The notes beneath the pieces are model-generated. The model did no database searches and had not been told where the DNA came from. It worked only from the letters and a program-made list of their open reading frames with translations. The position numbers were made by a program, and so were the translations under genes. This document shows positions 38,560-51,242 of a DNA stretch of 64,000 nucleotides, piece by piece. The DNA is from Mobula hypostoma (taxonomy: Eukaryota). The DNA lies in contig NC_086097.1 of the NCBI RefSeq assembly GCF_963921235.1, forward strand, positions 215,514,001 to 215,578,000. Direction: 5' to 3'. Position 1 is the stretch's first letter. Each line of letters begins with the position of its first letter.

Positions 38560-40090
38560 CCATACTCCACAATCAATTTATTGCTCTTTCTTTTCTGAAC
38601 CCAGTCAACATTTTCTGTTGTCTTCACTCTGTGCAACATTCCTGATACTTCTGATTTCTCCTCAATGTATTCTGCCTCTTGAACTTAGCCAAAGCTTTCT
38701 TTTCCCTCTTTCAGTACAATGCTCCCTGCGGGGAAGTGCTCTCCAAAATCCGCCAGCAATGCAGTGCCCACTCTGCTCTGGAGCTAGTGCATGCTCCCCT
38801 TGTCTGAACTGGTGTAATGTATTCTGTTCTCTCTCCATTTATTATTGCTGTACATGTACCGGCCTTATTTCTATGCTTCCCAGACCCTGCTGTAGGCCCA
38901 ATGTTCTCTGTATTCTGATTCAATGGGATGCTGTCTGTACCATGCTGTCAGTGTAATCTTCTCCATTTCTTTATTGTGAAGGTCCCCATGTTCTCAGTTT
39001 ACTTAGTGTAATGCCGTCCATATTCTAACTGTGTAATACCCTTTACTTTCCTTTATTCTGCTCTCAGAGTATTGCTTCACGCTATCTGCCTCAGCACAAT
39101 GCTGTCTGCACTCAATCCTCTAATGTAATTCGACCTGTGCTCTGCCCTCACTAAAATAATCTTCACAGACGATGTTGAGTGTAATGATGTCCCTTCCCTT
39201 CCCTCAAAGTCACATTCACCATGCTCTAACTCAGTGGAACACTAACAGCTCTCTACCCACAGCACAACCATCTCTGTCACCTTCAGTGTACAGCTCAGAA
39301 TAGTGCTCTTTCTGGTACCTACCAGGTATTTTAACAACTAAGTGCGGAGAGCCTTAACAACGCTAAGCACGGTAGTTTCTTGAGGCAATTTTTATTTGCT
39401 GCAGTCAGGTTAATGAGCCCACCAGCCCACTTAATGTTGAGGAACTTGCAACAAAGAATTCTGTCATTAAACACTGCTGGCATTGCATTCATTGTGAAGC
39501 TCTCCACACTGCGTCCTCAATGCTCTCCACGCCTCAGCTAGTCATGCATTCTGAGCTCTATCCAGACTGTCCTCACTGCTGGCACCCTGTGCCCACTGCA
39601 ATGCCCTCCATGACCCATTTTAGCCGAATGCATCCTGCCCTCTATCCAGACTCCACACAGAGTCGAACAGCTTCCGTGCTCTTTCCTCAGTGTAATGTCT
39701 GCATAATCTGTCTTTAATGTAATCCACTCTATAACCTCTCCTCAGTGTAATGTTCACAATAATCTGTTCGCAGTATAATACTTTACCTAATGTCCCTTCA
39801 GTGTAATCCTCTCCAATAATCTGCCCTGTATAATGTTACCCATAATCTGCCCCCAGTGTAACGTTCTCCATAATCTACCCTCAGCATTATGGTCTCTGTA
39901 ATATACCCCCCAGTATAATGCTCACCATACTCTGTTCCCAGTGTAATGTCCTCCCAATATTGTTTTCTCCGTACGCCATCTTCAGAGCAATGCTGTCTGT
40001 ACTCTGCCTCACTCTACGACTCCCCATACTTTTAACATTGTGTAGCGCTGTGTAGACTGATCTCAGTTTACTGCTCTGTGCTCTGTCCAC
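38560..40090. repeat. Degenerate 28-bp minisatellite (consensus about CAGTGTAATGYTCTCCATAATCTGCCCT)
   Basis: Clearest at 39688-39960, where cagtgtaat/cagtataat recurs about every 28 bp. Decayed units extend to both sides. Confidence 0.8.
39348..39490 (+). repeat. Local duplicate of 40805-40955
   Basis: 55 bp are identical between 39388-39442 and 40853-40907, with more diverged flanks. Confidence 0.92.
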
Positions 40091-40759
40091 AATAAAAAGT
40101 CTCTGTAAATGGTTTTGAATGAATTCTCAAGGGTCAACTTTATTCGCCATATACTGTACATTTACAGGTATTTGGAATGTGCCATGGTGTGCTGGCACAA
40201 TGTGCAGCAATGTTGAACAATGATAAAGAATTATGTAAAAATAAATAATCTGTTCCAGTACAGATATGGAATAAATAAAATGTCTATAAATACCATGTAT
40301 TTACAATGTAAACAGCATTATAAAATGTGGTTTAAATGCATTACTCTGTATAGTATAGCCTTGAAATGTTTCATTGTGACTTATTATTTATTATTAGTAA
40401 AATTTTATGAAGTATTGTTAAAATACAGAGAAAAATTTCATCAACCATAATAGATAAGTCATTAATCAAATATATAAGCTTTTAGTTTTATATATAATGG
40501 TGGATGCAGTCATAATTTACTTGTGGAATATACTAAACCTTGTAGCCATTATGAGAGTGTGGCAGTCAATAGCACTAAAATAACAAGCCTCTATATACGA
40601 AAATAAAATGCTCATGCTGATTCAGCCTCCAATATTACTGTCATCTAATGTGTTAAATTTCATTTCAGTTATTCCTAGTGCTGAAAGAGATGTACTTTAA
40701 TACAATATGCAAATAATATAAATGTGTAATCTGTATGAACTGAGCTGGTTTGTGTTGAG

Positions 40760-41500
40760 ACTTTGCCTCAGTGCTCACTGATGGATCACCATACAACCAA
40801 GCAAAGAGCTTTAACAACATTAAGCACGGTATCATGGGAGTCTCTTGTGTGCATTTTTATTTGCTGCAGTCAGGTTAATGAGCCCACCAGCCCACTTAAT
40901 GTTGAGGGCCTTGCAACAAAGAATTCTCTCATTAAACACTCCTGGCATAGCGTTCGGAAACAAAGTGACATTCAAAGTGTTCAAATGCCTTTGTGCTGGT
41001 TGTTACTGCCAGGCTGCAGAGCCAGTCATGGCATCGATCCTGCAATGTCTTGGCAGCCATCCAGTGACACGCCGGCCTCTCCAGTGTGCAGCGGCATTTG
41101 CCAATCTAAGCAACATCAGTATACAAACAAGCATGGCACACGACAAGTCTGGCCAGCAGCCAATATGGAGCAGCTGAGTGGGCTGACTTTCTTCTAATGT
41201 GTCTGAAATCAAGTCCTCCCTGTTCATTGAATTCTCTTCTTGTGGTTTGTTTACATTTCCACAATAAGAACAGAAATAGCAATGTGAAGCATCCATTTCC
41301 TCTCCGGATTTATAACCTATTGTTCTTTATAAACTGCTGGAAACTTAATATTTCCCAGAGCACCACCAAAATGTCTAATGCAAAACAATCTCTTCATTGG
41401 TGTGACCCAAAATGTTATCAGCTAGCTGGTAAGTGTGTCCCTTTTATCACAGTCTCACACACACTAATGCACGCTGGGTAAAACCCTTAACTTGTGATTC
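40760..41500. promoter_or_regulatory. Putative conserved non-coding element or enhancer
   Basis: Unique, CpG-retaining block with TTAATG, AACAAAG/CTTTGT (Sox-like) and TGGC/GCCA motifs. No credible ORF. Confidence 0.4.
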
Positions 41501-41729
41501 GGCTTAGCCTGAATTATTCATGAGATTCAATGTTTGCAGTTCAGCACGTTTCACTAGGAAAGACATAATTAAAATGAGAGTCATAAAGCTTACTTTTCCT
41601 AATACAAATGTAATGCATACCTAAAATACATTTGTGAAAATAATTTTGAAATCCAAATCTTGGTTTTGCATTATGGCCAAATTAGTTGCCTTAATCTTGG
41701 TTTTGGAGCAGAAACAGAACAATTACGAA

Positions 41730-42715
41730 TTCAAAATCAGAATCAGAAGCAGGTTAATTATCAGTGACATATGTCATGAAATTTATTGATTTGTGGCAAC
41801 AATACAGCAAAAAATATTACCATAGGTTATCATAAATAAATAGTGCAGAAGAGGACTAGAAAGTTGGTGTTCACGGGTTCGCGGACCATTCAGAAATCTG
41901 CTGGTAGAAGGAAGGAAGCTGTTCCTGAAATCTGCAGTGGGTATTCAGGTACCTACCTCTTCCCTGATGGTAGTAATGAGAAGAGGGCATGTCTCTGATG
42001 ATCCTTATTGATGACTGCTGCCCTCTGAAGGCACAGCCTTTGGGAAATGTCCATGATGGTGGGGAGCGTTGTGCACATGATAAACCTGACTGAGTCTACA
42101 GCCTTTTTTAATACTACACATTGGAGCCTTCATGCAACCGGTCAGAATGCTCCGTAGAAATTTGCAGGTGTCTTTGGTGACGTACCAAATCTCCTCAAGC
42201 TCCTAATGAAATATCGTTGTTGGTGTACCTTATTCATGAAGACTACAATATGTTGGGCCAAGGGTAGATCTTCTGAGATGTTGACACCCAGGAATCGGAA
42301 GGTGCTAACCCGTTCCATCACTGACCTTGCAATGAACACCGGTGTGTGTTCTCCCAACTTCCCCTTCCTGAGGTCCACAAGATCTTGCTGTCATCAAGTA
42401 GAAGTTCATTGTCACGACATCACTCAACCAGCTGACCTATCCTCACTATTGTCATCATCTGAGATTCGGCGAAGAACAGTGATGCCATCATCGAATTTAT
42501 AGATGGCTTTTGAGCTGTGGTTAGCCTCACAGTGATGAGTACAGAGAGTGGGCTGGACATGCATTCTTGATGCGTGCACCTATGTTGATCGTCAGTGAGG
42601 AGGTGTTGTCTCCGATCCACACCGACTGTCTTCTTCTGCTGAGGAAGTCAAGGATCCAGCTGCAAAGGGAGATATGGAGACCCAGATTTTGAAGCATGTT
42701 GATTAGTTCATGCAA
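41730..42715 (-). mobile_element. Rex1/Babar LINE 3' part
   Basis: LCSWILDFLSRRRQSV and DLRKGK...FRFLGVNISEDL on the minus strand, with a (tctgat)n tail at about 41735. Confidence 0.85.
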
Positions 42716-43906
42716 CTTTGCAATTAAAAGTTTGTCATATTAATCAATAATAAAAGATATTGCACTATCCAACTCTGTTTTGAGACTTCGATTTCAATAG
42801 CCACCATAACATCAGCAGTGTTAATGTAACTTGTATTCATGCCTTCCCAACATCACGTCGTGGAATGCTCTCATCCTCCTTTCTCTTGCCTCCTGCAACT
42901 ATACAGGCAGTGTATGGCATTTCTTGGTATTATCTTGTAACCCATAAACAAGAATTCCACCAACAAACCATGCATCAGAACTTTTCTACATTTCCAGCCG
43001 TTCCAACTCGCCCTGTAATTGGGCATTGGCCAATATCATACCACAGAATCTGTTCAATCCTTGGAGCTCATTTCCACATAGTCTTATCTTCATACTAATT
43101 GGGAAGCCAAAAACTTATATGAATACAAATAGAAACCTAGTCAATTCTGAACAATTCCCCAATGTTTGAATTTCACTGATATTATGTTCCTTCACAAACT
43201 TCTCAGACAACCTTTGCAGAAGAGAATGATTCCGAATCAAGCATAAATTTGAAGACAATTCAAAGCACGTACCAGCACTGAGCCAATGGGTAATTCTGAG
43301 CAGAGCCACATTCTTAGGCCTGGGGTTACAAGGGTTAAGAACTTTTCATGCTAGAAACCTGCATCTTCCAACAGCTATTTATGGAATTTGCAGAAACAGC
43401 TGAGCTGACTGCAATGATGTCATTCACTGTTGGAATGTTTAGTCCCACAGCACGCTCGCAAGCCGCCTGGGTTTCCAGAAGACTTTGCATGCAGTCTGTG
43501 CAGCAACACATTATGAAACTGAGGCTCTCAGTCAGCAGCACCAATCAATATCACACTGCTGATTCTCGCCTGGTCTCTCACCTCTGCAACACACTGCTGG
43601 GAAAGCTCTGGGCCTCGCTGACTACCCTAGTTCAGCTGTAGGCTCCACAATCTGTCAAAGTTCAATTTTTTTTTGGAATAAAGCCCACAATGATAACAAC
43701 ATTAGACAGTCAGCTCTGACTCCACTAGCCGTGTATTGCCTATGTTCTGCCTGTCTATTGTTATGCCATTTTAAGGTACTTAATTGATTACAGACCCTAT
43801 TAGTCTGTTCTTTGTACTGATTATCTGTTGAAGAAGTAGGAACTTCCTCTCCCTTGCATATAGTTACTCAGCCTTTGGGCATTTTCACTGTCCCTAAAAG
43901 CATATA

Positions 43907-43940
43907 GTTGCCTAGCAACTATCATGGTTGCCATGGTGAA
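43907..43940. promoter_or_regulatory. Tandem RFX-type X-box motifs
   Basis: GTTGCCTAGCAAC (43907-43919) and GTTGCCATGGTGAA (43927-43940), 7 bp apart, in a TE-free block at about 43300-44050. Confidence 0.6.
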
Positions 43941-44479
43941 TCCATGTGTAAGCAGCTGCTGCAATCAGCATTAACACCAGGCTTGCAGGCAAATCATACC
44001 GATACATAAGGGAATGTGCCGAGGGAAACTGCAGAAAAAGGGATGAGACTCTATCATGTTACTCATTAAACAGATATTCAGTTTCTATTTCTCACAGTCA
44101 TTATTATTCTAACCAAAAACAACAGTAGAAAATGGGCTACATTTCAAAAGCATTCAAGTGAAACATGCCTGTATTTTGGCGCAGTCTGGTTTCCCACAAT
44201 TTTTCTTCAGATGCAGTTGAAACAAATCAGATTAAGCTCACCTTGTATACACTGTATTTGATCTGCAGGAAAACAATATCACTCCCACACTAACAATCTT
44301 TTACAATCCTCAGTTTAGTGACTATTTTTTTAAACTAAAGTTCTGGAAAGAGTATGAGAAGTTGAAGTAAAACCAGGTTAATACGGCTATATTAAATTTA
44401 ATATAAACCCTATTTATATTAGATATGTTTATATAAAATCCATGCATTGCCATGATGCTGCTCTTGTGTTTCAGAGGAG

Positions 44480-46190
44480 GTTAAATAATTAGCATGAGCA
44501 TCGGGAAAATTTCAGAATTCTTCAAAAGAGGACTGAGGGAAAGGAAAAGCAAATATGAGAGCAGGCTGGTGAGAATCCAAATTCAGATTGTAAGAGATTC
44601 TAAAGATATGCAAAAAATAAAAGATGAGTTGAAGTCTCTTAGAGACTGAGAGAGGAGAAATTATTTTGGGGATTACTGGGACTGAAAGGCAATAAATCTC
44701 CAAGGACTTACCCTGCATCTTAGGGTTTTGAAGGAGGTGGCTGTGAAGATAATGTCATTTTTTTGTTACTGAGGTTCCCACAGATTGGAAGGAAACGAAT
44801 TAAGAAAGGACAATTGACCATTTAGCTTGACATCAATAATACAGAAAGTGCTGGAATCTATTGTGAAGGAAATTGGAATGGGGTAACATGGAACACATTA
44901 CAGTCGGCCCTCTGTATCCGCGGGGGTTTGGTTCCAGGACCCCCCGCGGATATCAAATTCCGCGGATGCTCAAGTGCTCTTTAAGTTCTTGAGGCTGCAG
45001 TACAAACATTTGTACTTTACATAGCTAGCCAACCATCCCTTACTAGCCTTAAACTCCTTCCTCTCGCTCACAACAAAAGTAGGGAATGAACGAGATGTGA
45101 GGCAAACAATGCTCAAACAACGAGTAATACTTTTTAATCATCTCTAGATTACAGTACCTATAATACCTATCACAATGGAAAGACTATGTAAATAGTTGTT
45201 ACACTGTATTGTTTAGGTAATAAGGATACTTTGGAGGAGGCTCAATGTCAGGATCTGTGCTCAAACAACGAGTGCTGGAGAGAGAACGTCCGGTTTCTTT
45301 TCGATTCTGATCCGCGGTTGGTTGAATCTGCGGGTGTTGAATCCGCGGGTGCAGAACCCGCTGATACGGAGGGCTGACTGTAATAAGACTGAGGGTCAGC
45401 AAAGATTTATGACAAGGAAATCATGTTAAGCAATTCTGTTGAATTATTTGCATTGTAACTATCAGGAAAAATGAAAATAATGTATTTATGTTGTGTATTT
45501 GAAGTTTTAGAAGGCCTTTGATATAATGTCATGCAAGAGGTAAACAAAGGTAGGCTGCCTCTTACTGGGTGTAATAAATTAGCATGGATTGGGGATTGGT
45601 TAATAGACTGAGAATACAGTGTATCTTACTTTGGTGTTGGGAGGCAGTAACTAGTGAGATCTTTTCAGGTACTCCAGCTGTTCAAAATCTATATCAATGA
45701 ACTGAAACAGGAAATCATATACAATATGTAACGTATACAAGGTTCCTGACCATAAAAAGTGGGTGTGAATTCCTAGGAGGACTTCAAAGAGATATAGACA
45801 GTCTTAGTGAATGGGTAGGGACATGGAATGGAGTGTTGGAAAATATAAAGTTGTCCACTTTGGCTTAAAAAGTAGAAAAGCAGATTAATTTTCAAATGGT
45901 GAGTAATCAGAAAGTGTTGATGTTTAGAGGGAATTGGGTGAAATAAGTCACTGAATATTAACACGTAAGTAACCAGTAAGGCAAATTGTACCTTGGCCTT
46001 TGTTAAAAGAGAATTTGATTCTAAAGTAGAGATGTGTTGCTCCAAGTGTTCAGAGCCCAGGTGGGACTGCATCTGAAATATTGTGTATCATCCTGGTCTT
46101 GTTACTTTAGCAATAAGAGGGGGAATTCATCAGGTTGAGTGCAAGAATAAAGGTTTATTGAACGTAGAAAGATTAAGCAGAATACATTCA
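44480..46190 (+). mobile_element. Very degenerate CR1 ORF2 remnant
   Basis: Decayed equivalents of KSPG...HPRVLKEVA, RPVSLTS and FQKAFD are recognisable against the 31056 copy. Confidence 0.7.
44901..45380. mobile_element. Tc1/mariner-pogo (Tigger-like) MITE, 480 bp
   Basis: TIRs cagtcggccctctgtatc / gatacggagggctgactg, TA duplications at 44899-44900 and 45381-45382, and repeated ccgcgg subterminal motifs. Confidence 0.9.
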
Positions 46191-46290
46191 TATACTGGAG
46201 ACACAGGGGAATGGCAATGCTGGAATCTGAAGCAAGAAACACAGAAGAAACTGGCAGCCTCTGTGTAGGGAAATGTACAGTCAACATTTA

Positions 46291-49200
46291 GAAATATAGA
46301 AAACCTTCAGCACAATACAGGCCCTTCAGCCCACAATGCTGTGCTGAACATGTACTTACTAAGAAATTACTTAAAGTTACCCATAGCCCTCTATTTTCCT
46401 AAGCTCCATGTACCTATCCAGGAGTCTCTTAAAAGACCCTATTGTATCTGCCTCCACCACTGTTGCCGGCAGCCCATTCCATGCACTCACCACTCTCTGC
46501 GTAAAAAAACTTACCCCTGACATCACCTCTGTACCTACTTCCAAGCACCTTAAAACTGTGCCTCTTGAGTTAGCCATTTCAGCCCTGGGAAAAAACCTCT
46601 GGCTATCCACACGATCAATGCCTCTCATCATCTTGTACACCTCTATCAGGTCACCTCTCATCTTCCACCGCTCCAAGGTTCATTCAACCTATTCTCATAA
46701 GGCATGCTCCCCAATCCAGGCAACATCCTTGTAAATCTCCTCTTCACCCTTTCTATGGTTTCCACATCCTTCCTGTAATGAGGCGACCAGAACTGAGCAC
46801 AGTACTCCGAGTGGGACCTGACCAGTGTTCTATATAGCTGTAACATTACCTCTTGGCTCTTAAACAATCCCACAGTTGTTGAAGGCCAATGCACCGTCTG
46901 TCTTCTTAACCACAGAGCCAACCTGCGTAGCAGCTTTGAGTGTCCTATGGACTCAGACCCCAAGATCCCTCTGACCCTCCACATTGCCAAGAGTCTTACC
47001 ATTAATACTATATTCTGCAATCATATTTGACCTACCAAAATGGACCACCTCACACTTACCTGGGTTGACTCCATCTGCTACTTCTCAGCCCATTTCTACA
47101 TCCTATCGATATCCCACTGTAACCTCTGACAGCCCTCCACACTATCCACAACACCCCCAACCTTTGTGTCATCAGCAAATTTACTAACCCATCCCTCCAC
47201 TTCCTCATCGAGGCCATTTGTAAAAATCATGAAGAGAAGGGGTCCCAGAACAGATCATTGAGGCACACCACTGGTCACTGACCTCCACACAGGATATGAC
47301 CCATCTACAACCACTCTTTGCCTTCTGTGGACAAGCCAATTCTGGATCCACAAAGCAAGGTCCCCTTGGATTGTATGCCTCCTTACTTTCTCAATAAGCC
47401 TTGCATGGGGTACCTTATCAAATGCCTTGGTAAAATCTATATACACTACATCTATGGCACTACCTTCATCAATGTGTTTAGTCACATCCTCAAAAAATTC
47501 AGTCAGGCTCGTAAGGCACGACCTGCCTTTGACAAAGACATGCTGACTATTCTTTATCATATTATGCCTCTCCAAATATTCATAAATCCTGCTTCTCAGG
47601 ATCTTTTCCATCAACTTACCAACCATTGAAGTAAGATTCACTGGTCTATAATTTTCTGGGCTATCTCTACTACCTTTCTTGAAAAAGGGAACAACATCTG
47701 CAACCTTCCAATCCTCCGGAACCTCTCCTGTCCCATTGATGATGCAAAGATCATTGCCAGAGGCTTAGCAATCTCCTCCCTCGCTTCCCACAGTACCCTG
47801 GGGTACATCTCATCCAGTCCCAGAGACTTATCCAACTTGATGCTTTCCAAAAGCTCCAGCACATCCTCTTTCTTAATGTCTATATGCTCAGGCTTTTCAA
47901 TCCACTGTAAGTCATTCCTACAATCACCAAGATCCTTTTCCGTAGTGAACACTGAAGCAAAGTACTCATTAAGTATCTCTGCTATCTCCCTCGGTTCCAT
48001 ACACACTTTTCCACTGTCACACTTGATAGGTCCTATTCTCTCACATCTTATCCTCTTGCTCTTCACATACTTGTAGAATGCTTTGGGGTTTTCCTTAATC
48101 CTGCTCGCCAAGGCCTTCTCATGGCCCCTTCTGGCTCTCCTAATTTCATTCTTAAACTCCTTCCTGCTAGGCTTATAATCTTCTAGATTTCTATCATTAC
48201 CTACTTTTATGAACCTTTCATAAGCTTTTCTTTTCTTCTTGACTAGATTTTCAACAGCCTCTGTACACCATGGTTCCTGCACCCTACCATCCTTTCCCTG
48301 TCTCTTTGGAACGTACTTATGCAGAACGCTATGGAAATATCTTCTGAATATTTGCCACATTTCTGCCATACATTTCCATGAGAACGTCTTTTCCCAATTT
48401 TTGCTTCCAAGTTCCTGCCTGATAGCTTCATATTTCTTTTTACTCCAATTATGAAGATAGCGGTGTGACGCAGCATGCATCGGACACTCTGGTGATGAAT
48501 ATCTGTTATCTGTCAAGTAGGGTGCCGTGCACAATTCTAATTTGATAGAGGCAGATGTGAGAGCACGGAGGAACATCTGGTGAAACTTCTGAAATGCCTG
48601 TTTCACTGCCGCTGCTACTGTGTGATCTGAAATCTCCAGAGGGGAAGGCCCCGCGTCCTCGGCTTTGCTTGTTGCTCGGTGGCCGGGGCAGGGTCGAAGC
48701 GCTCAGCAGAGACGGTGCTCGGTGCTCGGTGTCGGAGGGCTGGTCGGAGGCTCGATGTTTTCGGACGGACTCAGAGTCAGCTGTGGTTGGGTGCTTCCAG
48801 GATGCTGCATCAGCAGTTTGCGGCGCTGGAGGCTCATGGCAGGGAGAGTTTCTCCCTTCTACCGTCTGCGTGAGATGTTGGGGCTATTGGGACTTTGAGA
48901 CTTTTTTTTACTGTGCCATGGTCTGCTCTTCATCAAATTACTGTATTGCTTTGCACTGTTGTAACAATATGTTATAATTATGTGGTTTTTGTCAGTTTTA
49001 GTCTTGGTCTGTCCTGTGTTTCTGTGATATCATACTGGAGGAACATTGTATCATTTCTTAATGCATGCATTTCTAAATGACAATAAATGAGGACTGAGTG
49101 TCCTCATAATCTAATCTAATCTAATTAAACACTTTCCTAACTTGTCTGTTCCTATCCCTCTCCAATGCTATGGTAAAGGAGATAGAATTGTGATCACTAT

Positions 49201-50302
49201 CTCCAAAGTGCTCTCCCACTGAGAGATCTGACACCTGACCAGGTTCATTTCCCAATACCAGATCAAGTACAACCTCTCCTCTTGTAGGCTTATCTACATA
49301 TTGTGTCAGGAAACTTTCCTGAACACACCTAACAAACTCTACCCCATCTAAACCCCTAGCTCTAGGGAGATGCCAATCAACAATTGGGAAATTAAAATCT
49401 CCCACCACGACAATACTTTTCCAGAATCTGTCTCCCTATCTGCTCCTCTATGTCGCTGTTACTATTAGTTGGTATATAAAAGCACTCATTAGAGTTATTG
49501 ACCCCTTCCTGTTTCTAACTCCCACCCATAGAGACTCAGTAGACAATCTCTCCATGACTTCCTCCTTTTCTGCAGCCATGACACTATCTCTGATCAGCAG
49601 TGCCACACCCCCACCTCTTTTGCCTCCCTCCCAACCTTTCTGAAAAACCTATAGCCTGGCACTCTAAATAACCATTCCTTCCCCTGAGCCATCCAAGTCT
49701 CTCTCATGGCCATAACATCATCGCTGCAAGTACTGATCTACGTTCTCAGCTCATCCGCTTTGTTCATAATGCTTCTTGTATTAACATAGACACATCTCAA
49801 ACCATCGGACTGAGCACATCCCTTCTCTATCACCTTCCTATCCTCCCTCTTGCACCGTCTGCAAGCTTTCTCTATTTGGGAGCCAACAGCCCCTTCCCCG
49901 TCTCTTCAGTTCAGTTCCCACCCCCCAGCAATTCTAGTTTAAACTCTCCCCAATAGCCTTAGCAAACCTCCCTGCCAGGATATTGGTCCCCCTCAGATTC
50001 AGGTGCAACCCGTCCTTTTTGTACAAGTCACACCTGCTCCAAAAGAGGTCCCAATGATCCAGAAATCTGAATCCCTGCTCCCTGCTCCAATCTCTCAGCC
50101 ATGCATTCATCCTCCACCTCATTCTATTCCTATCCTCACTGTCGTGTGGCACAGGCAGTAGTCCTGAGATTACTACCTTTGAGGTCCTGCTTCTCAACTT
50201 CCTTCCTAACTCCATGTAGTATGTTTTCAGGACCTCATCCCTTTTCCTACCTGTATTGTTGGTACCAATATGTGCCACGACCTCTGGCTGCCCCAGCTCT
50301 TT
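46291..50302 (-). mobile_element. CR1 LINE with ORF1 3' half (SGNH/esterase-like) and disrupted ORF2
   Basis: ORF1 HIGTNN...DGLHLN at 49934-50314. ORF2 GDFNFP...SDHN, YIDFTKAFDKVPH and FFTQRVVSAWN. 3' tail at 46291. Candidate TSD attta at 46286-46290 and 50303-50307 inside an older PLE remnant. Confidence 0.92.
48452..49122 (+). mobile_element. Family A non-autonomous retroposon, second copy, inserted in CR1 ORF2
   Basis: Colinear with 19403-20070. Hairpin ATGAGGAC-tgagt-GTCCTCAT at 49087-49107, (taatc)n tail, and TSD aatta at 48447-48451 and 49123-49127. Confidence 0.88.
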
Positions 50303-51242
50303 ATTTAAGATCAAGAACCTTCATTTGAGCTGGATTATACTCTCCTGAGCTTTAAAAACTCATGTGATCTCATTGACATGAAAGAGTGTACACTCCCAAT
50401 TGCTACTACATTCAAGTATAGGTAGAGCAATGCACCCTTTACTCTACACTCACAAGGTGAGTGAAATACAATGGGTGGAATTAAGTTACAGATCAGGGGT
50501 TCCCAACTTCTTATGTGCCATGGAGCCTTACCCTTAGTGAAAGGGTCCGTAGACCCGTGGTCTAGCTGAAAGGTCTCCAGCTGAAATGTTTCTTTCCTAG
50601 GATGCTGCCCAATCCGCTGAGTTCCTCCAGCATCTTGTGTATTGGTAGGATGGAATACTTGCAGGTTTTCCTGGCTGTAGTTTTGGTGGGAGAATCTGTA
50701 GCAAAGCTACAGTCACAGCTAAGATGGGAATTACAATCTTAACTTATTTAAAGAGATATTTTAATTTTAAGCCAATAGAGGAATTCAAGCCTCCGCCATG
50801 AATGCTTTGACTAGCTTATTCTACATGTGTCTAACCAGTTCTTAAGGACATAGAAATCTATAGCATATTACAGGCTCTTTGGCACTCAATGTTGTAAACC
50901 ATGTAACCTACCCTAAAAATTGCCTAGAATTGCCCTACCACATAGCGCTCTATATTCCTTAGCTCCATGTACCCACCTAAGAGACTCTTAAAAGAGTATT
51001 GTATCTGACTCTGCCATTCCATGCACCTACCACTCTCTTTGTGAAAAACTTACCTCTGCCATCCGCCCTGTACCTACTTCCAAGCACTTTAAATCTATGC
51101 CCCCTCTGTTAACCATTTCAACCCTGGGAAAAAGCCTCTGACTATCCACACAATCAATGTCTCTCATCATCTTATACACCTCTATCAAGTCACCTCTCAT
51201 CCTTCATCGCTTCAAGGAGAAAAGGCCAAGTTCACTCAACCT

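Noticed and set aside
39688..39960. Regularly spaced 28-bp repeats as a CRISPR array
   Set aside because: The units are contiguous degenerate tandem repeats with no unique spacers. There are no cas genes and the context is vertebrate.
43335..43641. Overlapping ORFs on both strands as a coding exon
   Set aside because: No recognisable homology or convincing splice-site pair. The block looks more like non-coding regulatory sequence.
50493..50645. Small hAT MITE plus PLE remnant
   Set aside because: caggggttcccaac resembles a hAT TIR and gagttcctccagcatc a PLE, but no second TIR or TSD can be delimited, so it was not listed as a feature.
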